In this document: one piece after another, positions 44,320 to 54,244 of the stretch
Position numbering within the stretch: the stretch's first letter is position 1
How the letters are laid out: the number at the start of each line of letters is the position of its first letter
Virus record (IMG/VR): IMGVR_UViG_3300031951_000193
Location: 1-55,856 of that record
Source: a virus
Taxonomy: Duplodnaviria > Caudoviricetes
Direction: 5' to 3' (one strand)
Length of the DNA: 55,856 nucleotides
Made by a program: the position numbers and the translations under genes
The notes under the pieces: generated by a model
The model's database searches: none
Seen by the model: the letters and a program-made list of their open reading frames with translations, nothing else
What the model was told of the DNA's origin: nothing

Positions 44320-46003
44320 TGCTCCCTCCGAAGGATGGTCCCAAGTTTACGAATGAGCCCTGCTCTGCCCCAAGCCGCTTCTTGCGCTGCTCCAGCCACT
44401 TGACCCACCATGGCTCGGCCTCTGGGCGGGGCGGTGGCTTGTGGTACTTGGGCCGGTACGCACACAGGTACTCCATGCACTGAACCAGATGGCACTCGCC
44501 CCGTGTATTGGGAGCGTCTGTGACAACGGCTATACCGGAGACGTAGTTGACCTTCTTCCGGTATCGCTTGATCTCACGCTCCAAGTCCGGGCACGCCCCG
44601 CTCAAGACTCGGAGGAGCGGAGTCCCTGTCTTTGCCCTGATGTGCAGGCTGACGCGAGTGGCTTCTGACCGGGCCGGAATGTCATCGCAGCCCGCAAGAA
44701 AACTGGATCCCGTGATGGCCGACCGGATGTTCCGGCTCGCCATCTGCTCGGTGTACTGCTCGGAGGGCAGACGGCCGGATCCGATGTCCCGGATGCGGGC
44801 ACCGTGGGCATCAATGATGAAGGCGTGGAAGTGCAGGTCGCGGACCTTCTTCTCAAACTCCTCCCCAAACACCGAGGCGTTGCACTGCCGTAGGTAGAGT
44901 TGGTCATACAGCAGGATGGTGCTTTCGTCGGGCGGGACGGCCGCGAACAAGATGGCCGTCACCGAATGCCCGGGGTCGATGACCGCGTACCGAGTCCAGT
45001 CCTTCGGCACTTGCCCGTGTTCCAGGCTTTCCCGCGAGTAGCCGTGGACCGACATATCGAAGTTCGGGTACATCAGCACCGAGTCAACGATGAAGTCGCC
45101 CTCGGCTCGCTGCCGCAGAACGTCCGGCCCAACGGCCGCCCAGCGGGCAATGGACTTCTGCTTCTCTGCTTCCGGCAGGAACGGATTGTCCAAGAACCGC
45201 AGTTTGAACAGCCGGATCGTTGACTTCTCGCCGTGCAGGGCTTCTTGTTCTTCCGCCCGCTCCTTCAAGCCTATGAGAGCGTTATTGGTCGAGTGCGGCA
45301 TGGCCGACCATGTAAACACTCCACGCCGGTCAACAAGGCGAGCCTGGAGTTCCGGCACCCAATTCTCGTTGTTGATGTCCTCGTCAACGTGGCATCTGTC
45401 GGCGGAAAACCCTTGCACAGGGTCGCCTTCGCTAGAGAAGAAGTAGATCGTCCAGCCGGTGTGCAGCGTGCATTGCTGGATGTACTGGGCCGACTTCAGT
45501 ACCCAGGACACGCTTTTGATAAGCCGCTTGGGTATGAGGGCCGGGGCTGGCCGGGCCTCCCATCGCCTGTCCTCGTCGGTGGCGGGATTGAACGCTCTCC
45601 AATCGCCGGTCTTCAAATCCTTGATGATCTTGAAGGCGCCGGGGCGGAACAGGAGCGGATACACGACCAGACCGATGTGCTTCCAGTCCTTGCCGACGAT
45701 GACCAGCACGCCGTCTTTCTCGGGGTACTTCTTGTACGGGTCGCTGCCCGTAACGGCCCGAGCGTCCTCGACAAACGTCGAGAGGGATTTGCCAGAACGA
45801 TTGCCACCGATGACGAGGACTTCACTCGACCGGCACTTGTGGATCTCGTCCTGCTGGGGAGTCGGCTGATAGAGTTTCAGCCCCTCCAGTTGGCGTTCCC
45901 GCAGTTCCGACTGGAGTTCCTTGATCTTCTCCACCTGATGCTGCGTCAGGGTGGGGATCTTCGGAATCTTCGGGGGATTCGCCTTGGGGTGTCGGCTTGG
46001 CAT
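44306..46003 (-). CDS. terL: Terminase large subunit
   Basis: GGNRSGKS Walker A, HVDED Walker B, DNPFL, nuclease IDPG. Confidence 0.92.
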   Translation of the reverse strand: MPSRHPKANPPKIPKIPTLTQHQVEKIKELQSELRERQLEGLKLYQPTPQQDEIHKCRSSEVLVIGGNRSGKSLSTFVEDARAVTGSDPYKKYPEKDGVLVIVGKDWKHIGLVVYPLLFRPGAFKIIKDLKTGDWRAFNPATDEDRRWEARPAPALIPKRLIKSVSWVLKSAQYIQQCTLHTGWTIYFFSSEGDPVQGFSADRCHVDEDINNENWVPELQARLVDRRGVFTWSAMPHSTNNALIGLKERAEEQEALHGEKSTIRLFKLRFLDNPFLPEAEKQKSIARWAAVGPDVLRQRAEGDFIVDSVLMYPNFDMSVHGYSRESLEHGQVPKDWTRYAVIDPGHSVTAILFAAVPPDESTILLYDQLYLRQCNASVFGEEFEKKVRDLHFHAFIIDAHGARIRDIGSGRLPSEQYTEQMASRNIRSAITGSSFLAGCDDIPARSEATRVSLHIRAKTGTPLLRVLSGACPDLEREIKRYRKKVNYVSGIAVVTDAPNTRGECHLVQCMEYLCAYRPKYHKPPPRPEAEPWWVKWLEQRKKRLGAEQGSFVNLGPSFGGSNDNR

Positions 46004-46499
46004 CAATCAGCACCCGCTGGGACAAGACGGCCAGCCGGAAGCGTTCTTGCAGTTCCGCTTCCAGTTCGTCCTCGGTCCACAGTGTCAGCGGCTTTTTGGC
46101 TCCACCGCTATCCACATTGCTTTGGATGAGCCGGCAGATCGTCTCCAGCACCTTGTTTCTGGTACTGGTCCCTGGTTTTGCATCGTAATACTGCTTCACC
46201 ATGATGGCGGCGAAGCCCGACACGCCGCCAAAGTATTCGCAGACCTTCTCGACCAGTTCGGCCGAGTGCGGGATGTTGGATCCCCCAGCCTGGGCCAACT
46301 TGGCGTACAGGTCGATGCCAGAAGCCTCGATCTTCTTGAGGGCCTTGGCTCGCTTGGCCTTCTCGGCCTGCCGCTGGTGACGCCGCTGGGCCTTGTGGCA
46401 GGACAGGCACACGCTGGACAGCCCGTCGCTCTTGTGCCAGTAGAAATGCTCCCGGTCGTGCGGGTACTCCGTGGCACAGTGGATGCACAGTTGGGACAT
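45822..46499 (-). CDS. Zn-finger protein, probable terminase small subunit
   Basis: CIHC...CLSC N-terminus, WTEDELEAEL helix; immediately upstream of and overlapping terL. Confidence 0.55.
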   Translation of the reverse strand: MSQLCIHCATEYPHDREHFYWHKSDGLSSVCLSCHKAQRRHQRQAEKAKRAKALKKIEASGIDLYAKLAQAGGSNIPHSAELVEKVCEYFGGVSGFAAIMVKQYYDAKPGTSTRNKVLETICRLIQSNVDSGGAKKPLTLWTEDELEAELQERFRLAVLSQRVLIDAKPTPQGESPEDSEDPHPDAASGGEDQGTPVGTAGTPTGGAETLSADSPAGRDPQVPVE

Positions 46500-46504
46500 G
46501 CCTG

Positions 46505-46545
46505 AAATGATAGCAGCCCGCCGGGGCTGCCTCCCGGCGGGCTGC
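46505..46545 (-). terminator. Intrinsic terminator-like hairpin after the capsid genes
   Basis: 13-bp stem GCAGCCCGCCGGG/CCCGGCGGGCTGC followed by TATCATTT. Confidence 0.65.
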
Positions 46546-46579
46546 ATCGTGGCGAAGGAGAAGCGCTGGCCTTCGTGCT

Positions 46580-47197
46580 TCAGATCATGTCGCTGTGCAG
46601 GTTGACGCGAACCAACGCACCGGCCGTTGCACCGGCCGAGGCGCCCGCAATCTGCGAGGCGATGTGCTTGCCGGTCGCGCGGGTGGCGATCCGCCCCGCC
46701 GTGCCCGTGACCTCGATGGCCGCACCCGCCGCGACTGCCGTACCGCCCGACTGGATCGAGCAGGGGCCCTTCACGACAAGCCACACGATGTCGTTCTTGC
46801 GAACGGGCTCGGTCAGGTACTCGTCCAGCACACCGTAGTACCGCAGGTCCGTGTTCACGTTGGTCGCCGTAGCGACCGCCGAGAACTCTTCCAGCGGCCC
46901 GCCCGAAGCCTCGGTGCCCTTGGCCCCGGCGGCGGTGGAGAAGGCGAACACCTTGCCGGCGTCGGCCGTGGTCAGATCGCTGGCGCCCGTGTAGCGAGCC
47001 GCTACGCAGTACACCAGACGATTGCTGTACCGCTTGCCCGACGAGGGGTCAACATCTTGGAAGATTTTGACCTGCCCCACCAGTTCCTTGCCGGCGGTGG
47101 GGATGGAGTTCGTCGGAGCATCGTCGTACTCGACAACTTCACGGTTGAGCAGCGTGCTGCCGCGGCGCCAACCCGGATCGCTAAAAATCGTGGACAT
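46580..47197 (-). CDS. Capsid decoration/cement-like protein
   Basis: Directly after the major capsid gene; WLVVKGP and small-residue beta strands. Confidence 0.6.
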   Translation of the reverse strand: MSTIFSDPGWRRGSTLLNREVVEYDDAPTNSIPTAGKELVGQVKIFQDVDPSSGKRYSNRLVYCVAARYTGASDLTTADAGKVFAFSTAAGAKGTEASGGPLEEFSAVATATNVNTDLRYYGVLDEYLTEPVRKNDIVWLVVKGPCSIQSGGTAVAAGAAIEVTGTAGRIATRATGKHIASQIAGASAGATAGALVRVNLHSDMI

Positions 47198-47225
47198 GAT
47201 CTCTCCTGTGTCAGGAAGTGATGGG

Positions 47226-48398
47226 TCAGACCGTGGCCGCCGGCGCCGTCACCGGGGCGAGCAGGAAGAAGTTGCGAGGCGAACGGAAACGCATGTTGCC
47301 GAGGGTTGAACAGGCGTACCTGTACGATTGCGTTTCCTCGGAAAAATACGGTCCCTCGGCCATGAACAACTGATTCTCCAGGCACCGGAGTTCCATGTTG
47401 CCGATGGAGAGTCCGAAGCCAAGGCCGGACGGAACGGCCGCCTCATGGCAGATTTCGCAGCCGTCCTGCTCAAACACATCGGAGAAGCCGTAGGACCGCA
47501 GGCCGTTCTCACGGGTGACGATGGCCCGCTCCTTGCTCTCCAGACCGTTGAGGTACTGGATGAACAACTTGCGGTCCAGCACCACCATGTCGATCTGCGA
47601 CTCCTTTGTGTCATTGCGTTTGCATTGCACAATGCCTTCGCGCGTTGCCATCACGCAGTTGTCCTGCCAGTTGCGCTGGCCCTTGAACGACGAGGCGTTG
47701 TAGTTGACGATGATCGGGCTGTAGAAGTCGAACTCGGGATCGACCGCAACGTCGGGGAACGTGCCGGTCGAGGCGTTGTTCAGACGGCCACCGCCGTAGT
47801 ACCCGAGTTGCGTCGAGAGCCCGGCGTAGGTGTCGGACGGGTAGCCGAAGCGGTCGGCCGTGCCGCCCTTGTAGTTGCCGCTGGCGGTAACGTCGGCCGT
47901 AGCCACGCCGGCGTTGTCCTCGTCGATGGTGCCGTTGTAGCCCAGGAACGACAAAGCGCCGTGGAAGAAGTTCTCGTTGCCCGGGGCGTTACCATCGACG
48001 TAGGGCTGGTAGGAGAGGTACTGCTCAAGGCTCTCCTGAAGCCGCTGCGCCATCTGGGACGCGACGTTGACAAGGGCTTCCTTGCCACGGTTCTCCAGCA
48101 ACTCACGCCGGTAGATGGCATCCGTGGTCGTGAACCCACGCCACGGGAGTTCCGCCCGCTTCCACATGTTGATGCGGGAGAACGTCCTGGGAGTATCGCC
48201 CGTGTTGCCCGTTACGGGGGCGTTGCGGTAGCGAACATTCCAGTCGAAGCCTCTGCCGGACTGGTTCATCAGGATGTTGCCGCTGGCTTCCAGCATGGCG
48301 AAGACTTTGAAGCGCCGGAAGACGGCAATCTCTTCTTCCCGCGTGTGCTGCACGATGGTCGTGGCAATCGCGCGGGCCCAGTCGTTAGGAGAGGCCAT
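47226..48398 (-). CDS. Major capsid protein
   Basis: 390 aa between scaffold and decoration genes; GRGF.W.V.Y, AEL.WR, Y.DG...F.G, GF....DG, GN....PR.F. Confidence 0.8.
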   Translation of the reverse strand: MASPNDWARAIATTIVQHTREEEIAVFRRFKVFAMLEASGNILMNQSGRGFDWNVRYRNAPVTGNTGDTPRTFSRINMWKRAELPWRGFTTTDAIYRRELLENRGKEALVNVASQMAQRLQESLEQYLSYQPYVDGNAPGNENFFHGALSFLGYNGTIDEDNAGVATADVTASGNYKGGTADRFGYPSDTYAGLSTQLGYYGGGRLNNASTGTFPDVAVDPEFDFYSPIIVNYNASSFKGQRNWQDNCVMATREGIVQCKRNDTKESQIDMVVLDRKLFIQYLNGLESKERAIVTRENGLRSYGFSDVFEQDGCEICHEAAVPSGLGFGLSIGNMELRCLENQLFMAEGPYFSEETQSYRYACSTLGNMRFRSPRNFFLLAPVTAPAATV

Positions 48399-48418
48399 GG
48401 TACGTTAGCCCTTTCTTG

Positions 48419-49468
48419 TCATTCCATGCCTTGCAGATTGGAGTACATCCGATCTGCGAAAGACATTGGCTTTTGGGGTACTCGGGAGTCGGTCGTTGGG
48501 TTGGCCCGTCGCGCTGGCGCCCGTGAGGCTTGCTGCCTCAAGAACTCCATGTTGCGTTGGGCGGTGTCCTGCTGTGGTGCCGGCGGCGGGACGGCAGGGG
48601 CAGCGGGCTGCACCTGCGGGGCTGGCGGCTGCATGGCTGTCTGAAGGTTGGCCAGGGCCAGTTCCCTCTCGACCATTGCTGTCGCGTAGTCCCAACGAGC
48701 CTTGGCACCACTGATGCCAAGACCCCTTGCGTCCTCAATGTATTTCTGGACAAGCAGACCCTCCCGGGATACACGCCCCTGCTCGTCATAGAGCCAATCG
48801 CGGTTTTCGGCCTCGATTTGCTGAACGAGCGACTCTTCCTTGAGCCCGGAAATCTGGCTTTCAGCAATTTCCTGGGCCCGAGACGCCACGATCTTCTCGA
48901 TCATGGGGCCAAGCGTGGCTTGCGGATCGTCCAGAAACTTCCTGGCGAACTCTGCCTTGTACGCCTGATAGGCAGCGAGTTCGTGCTGGGCCTCTAGCGG
49001 AGCCCCGTCTGCGATAACCTCGCGGCCCTGCTGGTCGCGCGTGAGGTACTGGCGATAGATGTCCTTGACCTTCGGCGGATTCCACCACGCCGGCTCTTCC
49101 TGCTGCTGCGGCTGCTGGGCAGCCTGCGGCTGGCGTGACGAGGCTGCCTGGGACTGCTTCCACTGCTCGTACATCGGGCGGTTGGAGAGATACTCCGACG
49201 CGGCCGGGATAATGGACTGGTACTGCTGAAGGGCCCGGGACGCCTGCTGCTCCCGACGCATTGTTTCCTGAAGCCGCGAGGCGATCTCTTCGTCGGAAAC
49301 TCCCTGAAATTGCGGGAGTTGGCGAAACGAACCCCATACGTCCTGCTGCGTCTGGGCCTCCGGGGATTCGCTGGCCGTGGCCTGCGAATCGGGCTCGGCC
49401 TCTCCACCCGGATCCAGAACGTCGGGGAGTTCTTCGCTAACCGCTTCGGCGGAATCTTCTGGTGGCAT
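48419..49468 (-). CDS. Scaffolding-like protein
   Basis: Acidic N-terminus, Q/P-rich, helical; upstream of the capsid gene; AGGAGG SD. Confidence 0.7.
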   Translation of the reverse strand: MPPEDSAEAVSEELPDVLDPGGEAEPDSQATASESPEAQTQQDVWGSFRQLPQFQGVSDEEIASRLQETMRREQQASRALQQYQSIIPAASEYLSNRPMYEQWKQSQAASSRQPQAAQQPQQQEEPAWWNPPKVKDIYRQYLTRDQQGREVIADGAPLEAQHELAAYQAYKAEFARKFLDDPQATLGPMIEKIVASRAQEIAESQISGLKEESLVQQIEAENRDWLYDEQGRVSREGLLVQKYIEDARGLGISGAKARWDYATAMVERELALANLQTAMQPPAPQVQPAAPAVPPPAPQQDTAQRNMEFLRQQASRAPARRANPTTDSRVPQKPMSFADRMYSNLQGME

Positions 49469-49547
49469 GCGGCCCTCCTGTGGTTACCACTAGAGTCCGC
49501 CGTAAGCCCCGAGGGCATCAATCCAGATTGTGCCGCGACCCTCCCGG

Positions 49548-49868
49548 TCAGCCGTCCTGGGGCGGTTCTGGCGGCAGCAGCGCGACTGCCTCGCCCCAAG
49601 GAATCACCTCGACGGAGGACAACAGAATCGCCTTGTCTGCCGCTTCCCACATCCCCTGTAGCAGCCCGCCTTCGACCACCTCTGTCAGAACGTCCGCCGA
49701 CAGCATCAGCCTGCCGTCCATCAAGACGCGAGGCACAGGCACGCACTTGCTTGTGCCATGCTCTGCGTGGAGTTCCGCGAGCCGCTGGGCCAACTGCGGG
49801 GTGAAGACCAGCGCCAGTTCTTTGGCGTCGGCATAGGAGATCGGGAGTGTGATGTCGGAGAGGGTCAT
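49548..49868 (-). CDS. Hypothetical protein (possible fibre chaperone)
   Basis: Coupled to the LamG-like fibre gene; DGRLMLSADVLTE. Confidence 0.7.
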   Translation of the reverse strand: MTLSDITLPISYADAKELALVFTPQLAQRLAELHAEHGTSKCVPVPRVLMDGRLMLSADVLTEVVEGGLLQGMWEAADKAILLSSVEVIPWGEAVALLPPEPPQDG

Positions 49869-52096
49869 GGGATGGCGGCTCCGATGGCGGTCATCAGCGC
49901 GGAGACGCGGGCGTCAAGCAGGGCGAGGTCGATAGACTCTCCGAGCGAGTAAAACGACAGCCGTGCGTTTGAGTATTGCGTGTTGTTGTCTCTCGCAAAC
50001 ACGCGGATGTTCGCAGACGTTGGCAATGATGACGCAGACGAAAGCGACGAGGTAGTGCCGTTCTTTCTGGCAGACACGCTCGCCGCACTACTTCTGCTCA
50101 AGCCAAACAGCGTGCCGCTCGTTATCGCGCCGGTAAGAACGGCACCCGCTCCGTGCAGGGAGACATCCTGCGCCGTAAGACCTTCTATGCCGTATGTGTT
50201 GCCTGCGCGGAAATAACTTGTCGTACCAATAGTAGCCGTAGAGGCGACCCAGACGGCGATGTGCGCGTTGTCCTGGGGGTCGGCATTTTCCAGCCGGTTG
50301 GTGGTGATGCTCTTGGTTGATCCGTTTCCAACCAGCCCCGTCTTCCTGTTGTAGTCTCCGCTGACGAAGTTGTTATTCACATTCGTCGGCGCACTGCCAA
50401 CCAGCGGCGTCAGCGCCCCCGACAGCGTGCGAGCGCCTGCGAGGATGCAGGAGGCTTTGATGGCAGACCAGATGCCGTCAGCCTTGCAGCCGGTGATGAA
50501 CGTGTTGATGGCATCGCGGACGCCAGTTTCTAGCGTTACATACCCATCGGCGTATTCGACTGCCGTGATGTAGGCGTTCACATCGGCGTCGGCATAGGCC
50601 GGCGGGACATAGAGGGCCACGCCCCACTTGGCCGCGAGGTAGCGTTCGATCTGCGTCACCTGCGATGCCGTCAGGGTGTTGTTGTAAAACAGCGCCTCTA
50701 GCATTTGGCATGGGTAGGCTCTTGCCGGGTCGTATGGCTCCAAGCCAACAAAGTGCGCCCAGTTGGCGGCGTTCGATGAAGCGGTTTCAACGTACACCAG
50801 ATTGACCGCTGTGGTGTCCTGCGCCGCCCTAAAGCCGACCAGATAGTTGTTGGCGTCGGCGGTGGCGATGTTGGCGGCGTTATACCGCAGTGCGGTCGCT
50901 TTGTTGCTTGCGGTGTTGGCCGAGTAGTGTGTGAGGGAGTTGTACCATGTGATGCTTGCGGCATCAGATGACGAATACCCAGAGCCACCAAGCGTAGCGG
51001 CATTGATGGTCAGGTTGTTGGCCCCAATAGGCGAGGAGAAGTTTGCGGGCGTGCCGGTTCTGCGCCACACAACAAACATCCCTCGCCGCTGGTAGTTCGT
51101 CCGCTCCTGTCGCATCCACTGCGTTGTGCCGTTGAGGGCGATTGACCTTCGACTGCCCTGCGTCCCAACAGTCGGGCGAAGCGAGCCGGTTGGCTGGAGC
51201 ATGTGCCGCCCGCTGCCGCTCTTGTCGCGCCAGTACCCCACCGGATCGCTGGTCACCGTTGCCTGTGCGTGGACGGCAGGCACACCCCACTTGTCGGCCA
51301 GATATTTCTCCAGCCGCCGCAGGTCACTCGCGGACGGCACTGACGAGAACAGCAGCACCTCGCAGAGTTTGCCGTTGAGCGGAAGGCTAAAAACTCCGCT
51401 GATGTTGCGCGTCCCAAACCACGCGCCAAGGACGTTGTTGCCTGTTACGCTGGCGGTTCCTGTTTCCGCCGCACCGCGCACGCGAAGCGAGGTGGCAGAC
51501 CCGGAGAACGAAGACACTGCAAGCGATGGCGTGCCAGCAGACTGCGAGCCGCCGCTGGCGTTGTATCCGGTAGTCACGCTGAAAAAGCGTGTGGCGTATT
51601 CGCCTACAGACGTGTATTGAATCGACCCAATCAAGAAGGTTGCGCCGCTCCCCCTGCCAAACGCTACAAGCGCCTGTCCGACGTTCGTCACATCGCACAC
51701 ATGGACGCACAGCATGGCAGCAAAGACCGGCGGCTCCGATGTGGTGGACAGGTAATCGTCAGTGCCGTCGAAGTCGATGGCGTTCCTGCCGTTGACCGTC
51801 GCCACGCCCGGTTGCAGGCCAGAGGTCGCCTGCGAAACATGCAGGCCGCTGCCACTCTTGTCATTCCACTGGCTCACCAGCCCGCCAGACTGCGTGATGG
51901 TGCCAGTGTCGCTGGCATCCCACCAGCCCACGCACCCGCCCACATCCAACGGCGAATCGACCGCCGTCACCGGCCCAGCGTCGGTGGTGTAGAGCGACGA
52001 GGCGTCAGCCGCGTCCAGCCAGAGGGCGAGGCCAGAGATGGCCTTCGGATCGAAGCCCGTCGCACGCGGACAGAGAAGGCGAGGGTCGATGCCCAT
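49865..52096 (-). CDS. LamG/concanavalin-like fibre or head-spike protein
   Basis: LALWLDAAD, W.DKSG.G.H..Q, E.YLA.KWG modules, each present twice. Confidence 0.75.
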   Translation of the reverse strand: MGIDPRLLCPRATGFDPKAISGLALWLDAADASSLYTTDAGPVTAVDSPLDVGGCVGWWDASDTGTITQSGGLVSQWNDKSGSGLHVSQATSGLQPGVATVNGRNAIDFDGTDDYLSTTSEPPVFAAMLCVHVCDVTNVGQALVAFGRGSGATFLIGSIQYTSVGEYATRFFSVTTGYNASGGSQSAGTPSLAVSSFSGSATSLRVRGAAETGTASVTGNNVLGAWFGTRNISGVFSLPLNGKLCEVLLFSSVPSASDLRRLEKYLADKWGVPAVHAQATVTSDPVGYWRDKSGSGRHMLQPTGSLRPTVGTQGSRRSIALNGTTQWMRQERTNYQRRGMFVVWRRTGTPANFSSPIGANNLTINAATLGGSGYSSSDAASITWYNSLTHYSANTASNKATALRYNAANIATADANNYLVGFRAAQDTTAVNLVYVETASSNAANWAHFVGLEPYDPARAYPCQMLEALFYNNTLTASQVTQIERYLAAKWGVALYVPPAYADADVNAYITAVEYADGYVTLETGVRDAINTFITGCKADGIWSAIKASCILAGARTLSGALTPLVGSAPTNVNNNFVSGDYNRKTGLVGNGSTKSITTNRLENADPQDNAHIAVWVASTATIGTTSYFRAGNTYGIEGLTAQDVSLHGAGAVLTGAITSGTLFGLSRSSAASVSARKNGTTSSLSSASSLPTSANIRVFARDNNTQYSNARLSFYSLGESIDLALLDARVSALMTAIGAAIP

Positions 52097-52098
52097 GA

Positions 52099-53811
52099 CT
52101 ACAGTTCCCCTCGGCTGTTGGAGGCGCTCGGGCTGTAGTATTTTTTGTGGTACTCGATGATGTCCTCAAGCAGTTTTTGCTGGCCCTCTCTCCAGCGTTC
52201 GTAGTGCTTCGGATAGTCGGGCGAGTTCGGGTCCGCCATGACGCGCTGGCCGTCATCGGTGAACTCCGAGGGGAACACCGGGACCACGCCCTGCACCTGC
52301 GGGTCCATGGCCTCAAACAGTTTCTGCGGCTCGGTGCTGTACGGCGGATTCGCCGCATACAGGGCGGCGCTGAAGGGCTGCTCGGTGGTGACCTGATCGC
52401 GGCCGAAGTCCCCGGCCAAGCCCGCCAGCAGGCTCCGCACGCCACCCCTGGCGATAGCCCAAGGCGCCATCACGCCGGCGGTCGCAATCGTGGGAACGTC
52501 GATCCAGTTCTTTGGAGCCATGGCCACGCTCTCGTTGGCCGGGGACGGCAGGGAATACTCCCTGACGCGAGCCCAGTCCCCCAGTTGGCCTACCGAATCG
52601 TTCCAGTTCCGCTGGTACAGGGGGTATTCAGCAACGTATTTCTGCTGCTCCCCGCGCAACCACCGCTCCAATTTCTCGGAAATCTCCTCCACTTCCTCCG
52701 TGGTAGCCCCTTCTGGCACTAGCGGAGCGGCCCTATGGAGGTCGCCAATAACGTCCTGAATGGCCTGTCCTTGCCCCCCGGCGAGGCTGTTTACGCCAGA
52801 AAAAGCGAGGTTTTTGAGGTTCTCGGCGTAGGTCAGGTAGTTGGCAGCGTCCTTATCGCCCTCATTGGCCATGCCCTGCGTGGTCATCCACGATTCGCTG
52901 GGGCCAAATCCACCAAACGAACCGCTGCGGTACTGGTTGCGTGCGTTTCGTTCGTCCGCCATCCGGTCCCAGTAGGTTGCTTCGGCCATGCGGGCCTCGG
53001 CGGGGTTTGCGGCGGACAACAAGTTCCGCAAATACCCCAGGTGCAGGGCACCACGGGCCCAGTTGTTGGTCGAATACTCGTCTTCTGGCGTGACCTGGGC
53101 GTCCGTGATGGCGTGGCGGGCGGTTTCCTTGAGTCCAGCCAGGGCAGCAGCAGGCAGGGCTATGAGGGAAGAGCCTGTGGTAGACCAGTCTGGCCGGTAG
53201 TACGGATCTTCTTGCAGGGCCGACAGCACATTGAGCGTGCGTTGCGTGTCGAGGTTAGCCCGCAGCCCGGGGCTCATCATGTACCGGGTTTCTTGCCCAG
53301 AAGGGGCCTTGGCTACGTCCCGTTCGCTGCGGGTCCAGCCTGGAAACCTCGCTTCCTTGCCGCCGGGAGACTGTTCCCGCAGTTGCCCCAGCAGTTTCTT
53401 GGAATACGCCTCAAACTTCGGCTCTTTGGCCGTGCCGCTGGTCAAATAGTCGAACACGCCCTCTTGGATGTACGGAACTTCCAGGGCATCTTCGTTGTTG
53501 GCCTCAACTTGACGGGCGACCCACTCGTTCGGGGTCATGGTTTTGCCAGACTCGTCCCGCAGAGATGGGCTGGCGAAGTATTGGTACTCGGCCCGGTTGC
53601 GAAAATCCTTCTGCACGGCCGGCGATGCGGAGCCCACGAAGGTGGACACTGGCTTGACCAGGGGCTCCGGGGCACCCGGATCGGACTTTGGGTCCACCAG
53701 CCCGGTCTGGGGGCCGAAAAACTGCTCCTGCAACGGACGCGGAAGGTACGGCTGCGTCCAAACCGGGGGTCGCAGCCATGAATCGCGGAGCCCAGAGACG
53801 GGGCTGCTCAT
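52099..53811 (-). CDS. Hypothetical protein
   Basis: 570 aa, coupled; GGAGG SD. Confidence 0.75.
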   Translation of the reverse strand: MSSPVSGLRDSWLRPPVWTQPYLPRPLQEQFFGPQTGLVDPKSDPGAPEPLVKPVSTFVGSASPAVQKDFRNRAEYQYFASPSLRDESGKTMTPNEWVARQVEANNEDALEVPYIQEGVFDYLTSGTAKEPKFEAYSKKLLGQLREQSPGGKEARFPGWTRSERDVAKAPSGQETRYMMSPGLRANLDTQRTLNVLSALQEDPYYRPDWSTTGSSLIALPAAALAGLKETARHAITDAQVTPEDEYSTNNWARGALHLGYLRNLLSAANPAEARMAEATYWDRMADERNARNQYRSGSFGGFGPSESWMTTQGMANEGDKDAANYLTYAENLKNLAFSGVNSLAGGQGQAIQDVIGDLHRAAPLVPEGATTEEVEEISEKLERWLRGEQQKYVAEYPLYQRNWNDSVGQLGDWARVREYSLPSPANESVAMAPKNWIDVPTIATAGVMAPWAIARGGVRSLLAGLAGDFGRDQVTTEQPFSAALYAANPPYSTEPQKLFEAMDPQVQGVVPVFPSEFTDDGQRVMADPNSPDYPKHYERWREGQQKLLEDIIEYHKKYYSPSASNSRGEL

Positions 53812-54197
53812 CAGGCTGCCCCTCCCTCACGCCACTGCTTCTGCCACTGAAGCATGGCCACGCGATTGTCCTTCTTCTCGCGCCACCACTGGAGGATCAA
53901 CTTGATGATCTCCCAGATCAGGGCCTGCAAGATGATCGTCCAGATGAATCCGAACTCCTTCTCGCCGTAGGCCAGATGGAGATGCCGTTTGACGCTCTGC
54001 ATCAGCCCCCGGACCACGATGCCTTCGGCCTTGCGGTCAGCGGCGTCGGACTGGGCGAACTGATCGTCGGGCCACTCCTGCACAAGAATGGCTAGACAAT
54101 CGTTGACGCGCTCCCGCCCAGCCAAGAGTTTGCGGAGCGGGAGCGCGTCCCACACCTGCTGCTGAAACTTCGCGTAGGTAGCGTCTTCTTTGACCAT
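53811..54197 (-). CDS. Hypothetical protein with hydrophobic helix
   Basis: FGFIWTIILQALIWEIIKLILQWW; first gene after the promoter-like motif. Confidence 0.75.
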   Translation of the reverse strand: MVKEDATYAKFQQQVWDALPLRKLLAGRERVNDCLAILVQEWPDDQFAQSDAADRKAEGIVVRGLMQSVKRHLHLAYGEKEFGFIWTIILQALIWEIIKLILQWWREKKDNRVAMLQWQKQWREGGAA

Positions 54198-54222
54198 AAC
54201 TGGGCGAATCTCTGGGACTCAC

Positions 54223-54235
54223 CCTGATTTATGGG
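54223..54235 (-). promoter_or_regulatory. Putative late promoter motif CCCATAAATCAGG
   Basis: Intergenic at the head of the structural arm; identical to 25162-25174. Confidence 0.6.
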
Positions 54236-54244
54236 CACGAAGCC

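Noticed and set aside
12917-46003. Recoding or alternative genetic code suggested by long gene overlaps (resolvase, 16552 ORF, EndoVII, terS/terL)
   Set aside because: The overlaps share one frame offset in which stops are rare in high-GC DNA; all three stop codons end genes normally
25195-52096. Diversity-generating retroelement acting on fibre genes
   Set aside because: No reverse transcriptase seen and no TR/VR pair with adenine-specific differences noticed
888-53781. Many long antisense ORFs (e.g. 888-1793, 1938-3071, 36915-38225, 47328-48644)
   Set aside because: Shadows of real genes caused by high-GC codon bias
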